Positions 1-13,600 of a stretch of DNA of 64,000 nucleotides are shown piece by piece. Numbering within the stretch: the stretch's first letter is position 1; every line of letters starts with the position of its first letter. The stretch comes from Azolla caroliniana (Eukaryota > Plantae > Polypodiophyta): assembly GCA_043228905.1 (NCBI GenBank), contig JBHGNT010000007.1:18414001-18478000 (forward strand). The letters run 5' to 3'. Under the pieces are notes generated by a model that saw nothing but the letters and a program-made list of their open reading frames with translations, was not told the DNA's origin and did no database searches. A program made the position numbers and the translations under genes.

Positions 1-1008
1 AAAGGGAAACCGTCCAGGATTTTATGGACTATTTATTCACAAGCAAGGAAGTGCAGCTTCGAGGAAGAGGTATATATATGTGATGATTGCTGTGTCACTA
101 CAACTCTAATATCCATGTTTCTGAAATGGCTTTGTTGAATGCCATATAAGGACCAGGATCTCGTAGAATACATTCACAAGCAAGAAACTGCATGATGCAA
201 TTTCTTTGGTTACAATTAAAAATGTGGACTTGTTCTTGCGAGTATTTTTTAGAAAGTGCAAGCTTTGGTGATGCTGTCGTTGTGTCCTATTGTTAAGCGG
301 CCCTCAAGAAAATGGATACATATGGAAATGCAAAGAAACCTCCCATCTTGTACAACAATTACTATATTGTCAATGTATACAATGAGAATGTGACCAAATT
401 CTAAAATCGAAGAGACCTAATACCACCATAAAATTTGTACAAGGAAATCTGATGGAAGTTTTAAAACCTCTCATGCTCCCAATTTGGGTTGAATTTCTAG
501 GGCTTCCATTCAAATTCAAAAACTTCTTTACTACATCAAGACACTTGCATATGTATTCATCCCTAAGCCCCATTAAGTACAGCTGGAACTACACAAGATC
601 AGCCTATATGTCATGTATGATATACCCTGAAAAGTTTTAAACATTTATTGAAAGATGTTGCAAAATTCTCTATAAGCTTTTCATGCTCTTACTTCTAAAA
701 CCTGTTCATGTGCACTAGTTACTAACTGCCATGACCAAAGCATTTGAATATCTGATTAGAATAAAGGGCAGGTGAAAGTCCTTTCTATTCTAACCCACAA
801 AACTATTTGGACAAATTAACTCTCGCTATCACTCAAGCATGGGTAGCAAGATCAGAACCAGAATTCTTCTTTGGTAAACATGCACAAAATTAAAGTAATG
901 GTCTTTATACCACTCAAGCATAGGTAACAAGATCAGATCCAGAATTCTTCTCGGGAGTGAAAAGATGGCATACATACACTCCTACACATACCTAGGAGTA
1001 ACATCCAC

Positions 1009-1281
1009 AGGGCCTATGTTCTCCTTGTTAGAGGCTACTTGTGATCGACTTTCTTGTGGAAACATAGCCCTTGGTGCTCTTGAAAGACATTGTGCACATA
1101 GGGCCTAGGTTTTCCTTGTAAGAGGCTACTTGTGATCGACTTTCTCTTGGATATATAGCCCTTGGTGCTCTTGAAAAACAATGTGCACATAGGGCCTAAG
1201 TTTTCCTTGTAAGAGGCAACTTGTGGTCAACTTTCTCGTTGATATATAGCCCTTGGTGCTCTTGAAACACAATGTGCACAT
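1009..1281. repeat. Tandem repeat, 3 x 91 bp
   Basis: Units AGGGCCTA...GTGCACAT start at 1009, 1100 and 1191. Confidence 0.9.
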
Positions 1282-2891
1282 CTGTAGTTCAGAGAGCCAC
1301 AAACCAAATTGTGGCTATTTGATTCATTTGTTGCAGTCTTTTCTCTATGGAGTAGAAACTTTGCAATCGCGTCATATGAAGGAAAATAACTAGAAAGATT
1401 TAGAGAGACTTTGTCTCAAAGATTGCTTGCATGATAAGGAGCAAACCATCACCACCCCATAAATTAATCTACATGGAGATGGAGGCAACCCCTATAGGCC
1501 CCTATAATCATCAACGCATTATTCAGATCAATGACCTATATCCAATGACTTGAGGAGCTCCCTAAATGAAGGTACTCAATATTGGCACTTATGTCATCAA
1601 AATATCATTCTTAACATGAAGATACTCATTGTTCCTATTTAAAAATGCATTTGTGGTTTGAGTCACAAGGCACAAGCATAAAATGCAAGGGAACAATTGA
1701 AATTAAGGACCAACGATGCCTATAGCTTTTCTTGTTAGAACTCAAGATACTAAGAAAAGTTGTTGAAGGAAAATAATACCACCACACAAGCTCATCAACA
1801 AAGAACAATGACAACTTTCTTTAGCCCTATCACTCCTACTTATGTTTCAAGTCAAGCAAGGGCTACTCGAATGCGCTCCCAACAAAGACATAGAAAATGG
1901 ATTACAATAGATGGGCCAATAGCAACTTGTCGTACTTGTAGGCCTTAGCCTCATGGACCATGAATCATGATCTCACCACCCTTTTTTTTAACAAATAAAA
2001 ACCATTATCTCCTACCCTAACAAGTGATTCCCTTGCTTATAAGAGCTCTCTATTCTAGGTTAACCTATGTTGAAAATCTTTTGAAGACAAATTACAATCT
2101 ATCTAACTTGAGAATCTTACATGTATCGATAACAAGATTCTTTAGTCACATTTATTTTGGTTGTCAAAGACATTAACAGTATATCTTTCTTTCTATCAAA
2201 GCCTTTTGGTTAATAAATACAGTTTAAAACAAAAGAATTGCAGCATTGCCTTATAAGAGGCTCAAATGAGCATCGAATGCTCATTAACATAAGATTCACG
2301 ACTAAATACTTTATTTGATTGGAGAAGATTTGGTGTCATATTGAGCAATCCTAGCTTGAATCGAAGAACATCTTAGTCATGGTTGCAAAAGTGACAAAAA
2401 TCAAGCAATAAGTTTTCTATACAAGAAAATTTTGATGACCATAAAATACCTTCAAAGATAACAAAGAAAATGTTGTGCACCCAGAAGCAACCAACACTGA
2501 AGGCAACATTTAAATTTTTTGAAAATGCTAACATTTATACTATTGTAAGATACATACAATACCCGCATCCACCCACACTGCAGAACTGCAGACTTGGCTC
2601 TTACATCAAATATAATAAAATTAGGAACATGTCCTATTATATCTGTATACAAACACTTTGCCCAAGGTGCATACATGACACTTTGTTGGGTTAACGAATA
2701 AGAGAAAACACCATGAATGCTGAAAAGGACTTCTATGGACAATTCATGGAACTCAGTGATCAAGTTGGTAATATGCTGATGGTGTCTTACACTTTGGACA
2801 TATGACCAAAATGCAAAATATGTACATAGCCTGAAACCTCTGAAAGAATTCACATTGGAAACCTTAAATAATACCTCCAAAAATATGATGA

Positions 2892-5800
2892 TCATTTTTC
2901 AGTCAATTCTCTATATCCTTTCCAATCCTGGGGCACCATGTTTTTGTGGGAAGCCATGAAAGTAACCAATACATTGACGGGCTTATCGGTTGGCCATAGG
3001 TGTTGACACCAATGAAGTTTTTCTAGTGCTTCATGCCAATTACCATCAATATAATTATAAACAGCTTCTTCAAAGCTATTCTTGTAGTCTGCATAACTGC
3101 CAACTAAATCTTGCTGAAACATTGGCAAATCATACGTGTAAAGGACCATCGGTTCTACGCTTCCCTTCACAGTTATCCTATCTAGCTTTCTACAGTTGTC
3201 ACACAAGCTGCTTTTGGTCAAGTGTGAAACCACAGTTTCTGAGAGAAGGATAACCACTCCATATTGCTTTGTTGCTGCTTCAAGACGTGAAGCCATATTC
3301 ACATGGGGAGACAAGTAAGAAGGATCAACCTTGTGTGAAGAACCTATAGCCCCTTCAATAGCCCATCCTACATGAAGACCAAATCCAAGGCGTATTTTGT
3401 AACCTGAGAACAGAAATCTGAATTTGAATTTGCACTTGCAATTTGTTTGTATTTGATTTTGAAATTACTATGGGAAAACATTTCACCAACAATATCATTC
3501 ATGTGAATTTACCCACTAACCTGGCATTCGTTTTTGAATAGCCGGATGCATTGCATATGCTTGGAGAGTTTGAGAAGTCTCAATTAAATATATTATGTCT
3601 AAAAAAGAACGTAGTGCACGATCTGCAAATGAGCTTCCCCTTTTCTGCAAAATTTAAGACCCCGTAGAATCTCAGATTTGATAGGCACTGTCTAAATATT
3701 CAACTTAGCTCATGTACTTGGCTTATGATCATCTTACTCAATGAGTCAGTTTATATGATATGTTTCATCTATACTATACATGCAAATATAAGAATATCGG
3801 TTCATAAATAAAACCGACAAAAAGACAAAACTCACTTGATCATTTTCTAATCAATATTTAGAGAGTTATCATTCAGGAGTCCATTCATTTCGAGTCTCTG
3901 CTCATCTAGCTTCAACCTGAGCTTTGTACTTGTCGGTACCTCTTGACTCATTTGCATACCCATTTTATGTGATTGGGTAATGCAAAGAATCTAACTCTCC
4001 TAGCATTAGGAGTTAGGGTATGTACACAGTAGGGGGATGAAAGCTTATGCCCTAAAGAGAAAACTATATTAATCAAATAAAGATCATTAACTAAACATGA
4101 TGGGCCAAGGGGGTTTTATATACAAGTCCTCACGGGACTGCCACATCAAATGTGGTTGGTGGAATATAATCAAGATATCCACTTGAGTACGATTCTTTCA
4201 TAAGAATAGTTGATATTCTTTGACCACATTTACACTTGACAACTACACAGATTATAATAAAGTGTGCTCACGCACTTTTTCACACATTGTGCTTTTCTTC
4301 ATAAGCACATGTTTACACGAGTTGAGCTTGATTCTCAACAGGCAATGTTTACTCTGTTTTCAAAATATTTATGTGTAGGATAAATTTCATGCTAAACAAA
4401 TTTCTCTAGAAGAAAGGAAAGATTTGTGGCAACATTTGTTGCCTTCTAAGAGAAGGTTATTCCGCAAAGATCTCCAAACAAGTTATCTCCGGACTTAATA
4501 ATTGAACCAAGTTTTCTATCATTAGAAAATGGAACATAATGAAGGTTATAGGTGTCTTAAATTTTGGTTGTGTCATGCACAAAAACCAGAAAACAACCAT
4601 CTTAACCAGCAGCCTCTGGGATTAACAGTTGATCGTTTATATACTTGAGTTTTATTCCATTTTGTGGAAGCAGTGGACATACTTTGCAAAGTTTTTGCTG
4701 ACCATATCAAGCAGAATTCCACAAATTAGATGACATTGATATTACATTTACAAGGGATGAAATGATTTACTCACTTTGTTGGCTGCATCTGATAATGTCT
4801 TCTTCCAAACCACCAGAAAAGCATCACCAATATTTTTGTTTGGATATCCATGATATGAGACAACTTTATTGTGGACCAATTCCGCAATTTTATTTACAAA
4901 TACCATTACATCTTCTTGAAGACACTCTGTAGCATCTGTGAAGTTTCGTATATCACAAAATCCAAAACACGCTCTTATCTTTTTCCCAGGTACCATAGCT
5001 GTATCCATACAGAAAATATATATTGATACGATAATTGACCATGCTGCTATTTTGTTAAACCTATTTAACCAGTTTTGTGTAGCAGTTGTCTTAGGAATAC
5101 AAGCATGTTGTAGAAAGAAATTCTGTGCACCAAGATTGAGGTCCATGTTGCAGTTTCTTTTTAAATGGAGTTTCTGGGTTCAGACACTTCATGCAGCACC
5201 ATGGTGTAATGCTATTTAGAAGGTAGTACTGGTCCAAGTAGAGATACCATGACATGTTAGACATTAATTTTCATACAAATTGGATATCACTGTTCACTTA
5301 CAAGTCTCTCACTCAGTTATAGAGATCATTTACAAGTAGCTCATTTACTACTCATATAGAAAATCCTCAACAGGAAGCATAATAAAATTTCGCCCAGGTT
5401 TATGTACTACAATGTGACATATGATGCCATTCTCAATTATTGTTTCCCACACTATTTCGAACCAGTATGAGCATTATTATTTTTCCTATCACAAGGATAT
5501 CTTAAATCAGTGTTTCTTGTAAGGAAAAAGTCTAGAAGCGAGGAAAATATGGGCAAAGAGACAAAAAAGATGACAGACAAAGGTATATTAGTCACTGTCT
5601 TGAAATGTTTAATGGGAACATTGTTCTGAAAACTGCAAGACTGTAACAAAGTCAAACTGAAGTTGTTCAGTCGCCTCTATCTAAAAAGGTGAACATCAAT
5701 CTGAAACCAGCCATACCATTGAGAATTTGACAGTACATAGTCAGCTCGCCATGTCAAAGTCATATTCAGCATCCCTTAACAGTATCCACGCACTCCCTTT

Positions 5801-7811
5801 GACAAGATTAAAAGAATCATAACCGCCAATTTTAGAATATTAGCTTTGATATAATTTATAATTAAACAAATGCTCCATTCAAATCATCAAAACTGTGACG
5901 ACAAAAGAAATGCACAAATTAATGCATCACAATTGCCACGTGAATTAAAATGTTCTGAAATTATTAGATAGTAAATAATAAAATATGATTTTCCAATATT
6001 TTTCCAGGATTTCTATCAATAATGCATATGCCCATACTTTAACATACAAAAGTTGTGTTTACATTATGATTAATAACTTACGATTAAATGCAGTTCCCTT
6101 CAAATTGACAGACAAAATGTCCATCCCAGCATCCCCTAAAGCCACTTTTGTCAATCGTGCAATCTTTATCAAGGCTGCCTCAACAACACGAGTTTCCATA
6201 ACCTATTGCAGAAGACAATACTTTCGCTTGGAGGATTTCATGATTCATGAAAAATAAAAATTGCAACTTGGTAAAATGATTGGTACCTTCCCATCACCAC
6301 TCTTTTTGGGTGGAAGTATTTTTCCAGCAAATGAAACCGGATCATCTGAAAGTTCCTTAACAAATCTGACCATCCGTTCAATAGGCTGATCTATGAGCCA
6401 AAGTTAAGAATCATACATAGCACAAGTTATGTTACATTCAATAGGAAATTTAACGGCCTCAACTTGTAATGAGCTTGAAAGTGCACAGTTTTACCTGAAT
6501 CAATAGCTTATTAGAGTCCCAACTTAGGAAAAATGACCAGGCTGAAAGGATGAGCAATATTATAATGGTGAAACCCAGCTGCATCCATTTAAATCAGTGC
6601 CAGATTCAGTATTCTAGCTCATTGTGTTATTAAATATATATATATATAGGAACTTACATCAAATTTAAGCGCTTTTCGAGTAGTTTCTTTGATAGAAAAA
6701 AAAGCTTCACTGCGGCCACTATCACTAAGAGTTGTTAAAAGCTCTGTTGAACGATATTCTCTCTCTGCATCTTTCTTTCCATCTGCCACTTGCCATGGGG
6801 GAGGGTATATTTGATTGAATGAATTGGCTCCAGAATCTACACCAGAGCATTCAGTAGAGCTTGCATGGCCTGCTGAAATACACTGGCTACTTGAAACATA
6901 GGTAGGAACAACACACCCATCCTTAACACCTAGATAGAGAAGATTATACCCATGGTTTTCATAGAACTCATACAGACGTTGCAAGGACTCATTGAATTGG
7001 GTTGAATATATGGGGCTGTGGTCAAGCAGGTCAAGTGATGACGCGGGGCCAAAGTCTTTCACATATACTTGAAGATTTGGCAGCAGGACAACCAGTAGTA
7101 GCATACCCATAACAAGCTTTTGCGATGTTAATTCAGATAATCGAGTCCAAATCTGACTTGGTTTCCCTTTGTAGTGATGATCAGAATCAGATTCTGCCTC
7201 TTTATCCCCCTCAACATCTTGAACTTTGTAGCCAAGTCTGAAAAACTGATCACGACAGTGTCATGCTCAAATATGGCAATGCATTAAGTGCTGACTTCTC
7301 AACATACATGAATGCCCATTTTCAACAGCAGAGTATGGGCAATAATGTATGTAGGTATTTGATTCTTAACAACCGCATTATCCTTACAAGTGTTTAGTTG
7401 AACATAAGAGATACCTTAGCTGTAGTGATAATAACTGATTTTGAGAAATCTGCTGTTTGCATCCACTTAGCAGCTCTTGTGAACGACTTAGCTGCTTGTG
7501 CAGCCCTAGCCATTATTAAATTGATATTCAGCATTCCCAATATCAATGGTACTAGGGTGATACTCCCAATCAAATCAAGCCTGTACAAGTGAAAAGATCG
7601 TCAGCAAAATTTCTCATCAGATTTCAAACATTTTAAACCATTTGTAATTTTCACCATTTACAGCAGTGGAACAAAAAATCTAGGAAGCATTGCATTGAAC
7701 TTTGATTTGTTGTGCTCCTTGGTTCCTAGTTTAGTTTCAGAGATAATTGGGCTTCATGTTACTTTCCAGGGTTTCACAGTACCCCAGATCAAAAGAAACA
7801 AGCTTCATGAA

Positions 7812-7908
<97 letters not shown>

Positions 7909-10641
7909 TATGTATGAGGTAAATCAGAGGGGATGAAGAAAAAAGAGGAAAATGTAACTATGAGAACGCAAAATAGCAATTGAAGGGAGACATTAAAGCA
8001 GCACCAGCATGGAAAGAAGCAGGTTGATTGTATCTACCACAAGGAAAGGTGATTTGCAGTCAAAATTTTATCTTTAGAGTCTATTGGACATTTTTCAATA
8101 GAAGTACCTGTTTGAATCTTATGAATCGAACCTTGATCTTATGTTTCCCAAATCTTACATTAGCCCTTTTCCTAATGATGTATACTCCATTTTGCTAGTC
8201 CCCAAATCTTACATTCATAGGGGTCCATTGAAACTTAGGATTTAAATGTCCTTTTTATGTTAATCCATGATGCTTTATTGCATATAATCTTGAAGGGATC
8301 TAGCATTTTCACTAAAAGTGAATGATTCTCTAAATAAGCTCCTTATTGGTATTGGGACTTACCACTTTGTCTATAATTGCAGTTGTGCTAGATGCATTAA
8401 CTGAGCAGCTTAACTTAGAGACTATACATTAACTTCATGACATAAATTGATACCAAACAATTAGAAATGAAATCGGGTGATCAAAATGGATCTCATTTTA
8501 TAAGGGTACAAGAACTATATATAAGTAGCAAGGTAATTAATAATTAATGAAACGCTTAGCATGAGTACATACCAAAAAGATAATCCCAAAAAATAGTCTT
8601 TCCGCACAATGGAGAGAGTAACAAGCTCAAAAATAAAGAGACCTAAGCATATTAGATAGATGTATGTCAAGTATGGATCAGCTGCCTTAGGGAAAAATGC
8701 TTTGATGACATTATGGGAGAAAAGCGCAATGACTACTGCCGGAATAATAAGACAAGCCCAATACTTGCTGTCCATAAATTGGTTTAGTCTCACAGCACGT
8801 GGATGTGCTCGGAGTAACGTCCAAAAAGAGACTTCATTAGAAAAGACATGAACTGATAATGGGTTGGTTTTTATTGTTTTCACTTTCTCATTAGATGAAC
8901 CTTCCCAGTGTATAGACTTTTCCCATGGAAAAGCCATTGATTGCAGCTGAAAAGATGATTGGATTCCTTTACCAATCTGCTTGTTTTGCTGGAAAGCAGG
9001 TTGTGTTGAGTTATCATGGAGATTCAAAACCTGGTGTAGCTCCGACCCCCAGCTTGCAGCAATTGAATCACGCATAACCTTGCTTCCTGATACACGTCTT
9101 CGTGAAACTAAGCTGTTCTCCTCGATTGGGCCACCCAAAAGAAGGCTTAGCGGTCGTTCTATTCGTTTCCCACCTTCAAAAAAGTCACTGAATTTTTGGC
9201 GTGCTTGGCTTTTTGCATTATTATTAGAGTGTCTGTGCTGACTAGTCCCTGGATTGTAAGAAAGATGTCTTTGCCCTTCTGATTTCTGAGATCCTACTAC
9301 TGAACCAATGATAGGCCTATTATCTACTAATATTCCGGAATCAAAAGTGGCCAGGATTCGATCTACAGTCTGTAAACAAAAGGACATCATTAAAACCAAT
9401 ACTTTGAGGAATCATGCTATTACAAACTTCTAAATTCTTATAGAGGGTATTAAAACTCTTTGATTCATATATTGCTAAATGCATGATTAGATTGATTCAG
9501 TTGCAACAGTCTAAAGAATATATTACTCGAAACGTGCAAGGTGAGATTAATAGCTACGTGAATAGAAAATACAAAGTGGTGACATAGGTGATGAATCATG
9601 ATATCATCGCATTACCTACCTCCCCTAAGTACAACCATGCAACTGATCAAACTTTAATCTCTCATGAGGACTGTAATAAAGTAATACGCCAAGAAATATG
9701 GCAAATTTATACACAATATAAATGGATCACCCCACAAGATCCACTCCCATCTAAACTGTTGTGCTATAAGGAACACGTCATGCACTTCTCTAAGCTAGGT
9801 TTTATTACACGACCAAAATATCTAGATACATTCTTGACAAATGCACTAAGGGTGGCCATTGGACAACTTAGGATATCATCTCACCAACTTGAGATTGAGA
9901 ATGGTCGTACTAATGGAGTCCCTAGAGAGGAAAGGCTATGTAGGTTATGTCACATAGAGATAGAGGATGAGTATCACTTTACATGCAAGTGTCCAACTTA
10001 TGCCGAGATAAGGGCGAAATACCAAGACATATTAGGACCCTCTCCCACCCTCTCCAAACTATTAGATACCCCGGATATAAAGAGACTAGGTAGGTATATC
10101 TTAGAGATAAAACAACATAGGGAGGAAAAACTACAAAATGTTAACCATAATCATTTTAATATTCACCAACATGTAACTAATACAATTTTTCAGGAACAAG
10201 GAGAAACGATGAATGTGGACACACCTACACCACTCGGCCTCTCTCTTGAGGAAGCGGAAATGCAAAGAACAACCAAACGGCCTCGGATTTTGTGCTTCAA
10301 AGCAACTCAACGTGGAGTAGAAACAATTACGAAGATAAGGGAACGTGAGTTGCGCCGCCTAGCAGCTATGGTTGCGGTATCTTTTACATTGGGACCACGG
10401 GCCACCTCCACCTCGAAACCCTTTGACCTCCCGCTTCTTTTCGAGAGACTTGGATGGAAATGAAACTAGGCCTACTATAACGTCATTTCCTTGTAGAACA
10501 CGTTTTTTTTGCTAGACTCTTTAGATTACGTTCTTTTTTTCTTTTTTCTTTTTTTTTACTTTCGATGAATGGGTAAATACCCCATTTTTATTGTAAATCA
10601 ATTGTCTCATGGGCCAATTTTGGTCTTAGAAGACGTTAATA

Positions 10642-10680
<39 letters not shown>

Positions 10681-13600
10681 ACAAGAATATATTACTTGAA
10701 ACGTGCAAGGTGAGATTAATAGCTACATGAATAGAAAATACAAAGTGGTGACATCTGTGATGAATCATGATATCATCACATTAGAGATTTCTTTCTTCAC
10801 AAAATGCTTTCTCTGGGAAATCCAAAACCAAAATAATATTATCCACCATAGAAGTATCAATGTGATTAATTTGGCAACACTTGCAATGCATCCCCATAAT
10901 CTATCTATGCAATGTGAAATTTCAACGATATAAAGCCCCAAAAGAGAGCATGATATGGGCATCCTTGTTTTACCCTTGTGGTGCTGGCCTCCTTGTCTGA
11001 TACTCCTCTCAGGGCCTGAACATTTTACTGACACGAACACATAGAGTGCATGAATGACCCACTACACATCCTTTGGTACCTCAATATTTTGCATTATAGC
11101 ATGAGTTTAGCTCATGACAGTGTCAAAGGCTTTGCAGATGTATACAAAGCAGCAATACATATTCTGTTACATTGGAATCTACCTTTCTATGTCCTATAGG
11201 TACTGAAACCCCACCTAAAACATGATTGCCCTTTTGCCCAATGTCCATGTTTCTCTACCCAGTAACTCAACTCCAAGGATGTCATTCTCAAGGTAGATTA
11301 TCAATATTTCAGTGCATGTGTTGGTATAGGTGGACATTGAATGTTTAGTTTCCAATGTAATGCTTTGTTTGATGAAGAATACAAGGCTCATCTCAAACTG
11401 TTGAAGCTTGCAAAAGATAAAAATGAAAAAGCCCTAACATTGTATCAATATCAAAGAAAGGTAAGATGAGAAGAAGCAATATTATCAAATGCAAGAAAGG
11501 AAGAAAGCACAAGCATTTAAACTCCAATCAAAAGTTAGCATGGAAATACGATGACTTGTTAGATGGGATGATAACTTAAACATCATATTCAAACCCCAAC
11601 CAAGAAGGGTGACCACATATGTCCGTGCATTATTCAAATTGAGAATTTTTACTGCATAGTAACCCCCCTTCTTAGGAAAGTGTCACATATAATGTGATAT
11701 ATTGATTTGGTCCCATTGGTCCAAATTGGCCTCCTTGTGTATGATAAAAAATCTAATCTATTCTAATCCAACCTTAGATGAATCATATAAAACAAGATGA
11801 TGACATTGTTCTTGAAGTGATTTTCATCATTAAATAACAAAGCTCGCATTTTAAATTTGTTGCAATCATTATTACCTCTTGAGCTGAACAGCTGGAAGTA
11901 AAGTTTGACCATTCTGATTTGTTCAATTCCAGATTCATCAAAACTTCATCCTTAAGCTTTGGCAGTATAATTGACAATGCTTCATACATGGGTTTTCCAA
12001 TGTATTCAATACATCCAAGTGTCATTTCCCTGATAAGCAGACAGAAAACATCAGAAAAGATGCACATGTATATTTATTAACCTACAAAATTAAGATGATT
12101 TGCCTAATAGATTGGTGGGAAAACAGCAAAAACAGATAAAAAAAATCCCATCTTGCAAAGAAGGTAGACGTGTGAACTTACTAATATAAGATTAAACAAG
12201 AAAACAAGTCTTTCTAAAGTGCAATTATTAATTAAGCAAAATAAAATGAAAGAAACGAAAAATTACAAGACTGTGTACATCAAGAAATGCAAATAATTAA
12301 GATCATCAAGTTCATTAACATCATCAAGAATATTATCACAGCAGGGGACAGATGAATCAAATGTGGATAGCACCAAAATTCCTTCAGAACCAGTGAATGG
12401 CCTCCCTAATGCTTTACATTTTCCCCTCTTCTTGATTCATGTGTACACATTTTAATTTGCATACCTCTGTGTTGCCCAGTTGCACATTTTCAATAAGTTT
12501 GATTGCTCAAAATTAAGGCAGTCTGCAATTTCAGTCATGAACGAAATAGAAACTAATAGTGCACATGGAGACATTGCAGGAATCCCTGACCTTATTTGAG
12601 TAGTCTGTGACTCGTTGTGTCAATTATTTTAGTTGCTGTGCTTTTCTTTTTATTAAGTTTTTTAAAACAGGGCTGTATATTGGCTCAATTCTGAGGGAAG
12701 TAGTCAAAAACCTTGGTCATGTTGCTGAGCGATAGTATGTTATATAAACAAGTTTGGAGGTGTATATTGCCTGTCAATGATATCAAGGTCGAAATCAAAG
12801 AAAACGCGGAACCCCCGAAACTCTGAGGAGAGTATGCCTTCCTCCGCAACTGTGCTGGAAGAACTAGTAATGGCATCCCATTGACTCTTCTTACAGCTTA
12901 TGAGTCATAAATTTCTAGTGGTGAATAGTTTGGAGGGAAACAAATTCAGTTCCAGTGATCAGGCAGCACCAACCTAATTTTTTATTGTTAATGATTCATC
13001 ACTACATTTTCAAGCCATTTAGTTTTTTCGAGCCTAGCATCGAAAGACATTTTTTTATTTGGTACTCGCATTGACAAGTTATATAAACAGGTATAATCCT
13101 TGTCATGTCTCATAGGCCATTATGGTCTTTTAGATACATATAACTTCATAAGCACAAATTAAGTGTTTCCGCAAATTAATACAAAATAAAGGAAATATGA
13201 AGAAAGAAACAGAAAGAAAACATAAAACAGTCAACAAATCTTTACCTCTAATAGTATTCAAGTTCAAGAAGTACAAGATCAACTTCATTATGCAAATTGC
13301 AGTTTGGGAAAAAATCTATCATCGATACCCGCCTTACTGTGCCCAAAAGTAGGCTCACAAAAGCTAAAGAGGCAACTGTCTTGTGTAATAGTAAGTTAAT
13401 AACCATATTATTACTCATCCATGGAAGTACGGACATCAGCAAGGGTACAGCATAATAAAAAGCATATTACACATAAAATTGTAGATTTAAAAAAAATACA
13501 TAACGAAAAAGAAAGCCAGATGAGGTGATCTTACTGCAAAACATCGGGTTTCTCTGAATCCATGTTTTTAGACACCGGAAATCCCAGCTTCTTTTCAGTG

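Noticed and set aside
13248-13442. Extra CAPE exon
   Set aside because: Exon 14010-13535 joins 12029-11876 in phase and completes the PDE motif (Q-EMTLGCIEYIGKPMYE) without it; no recognisable similarity.
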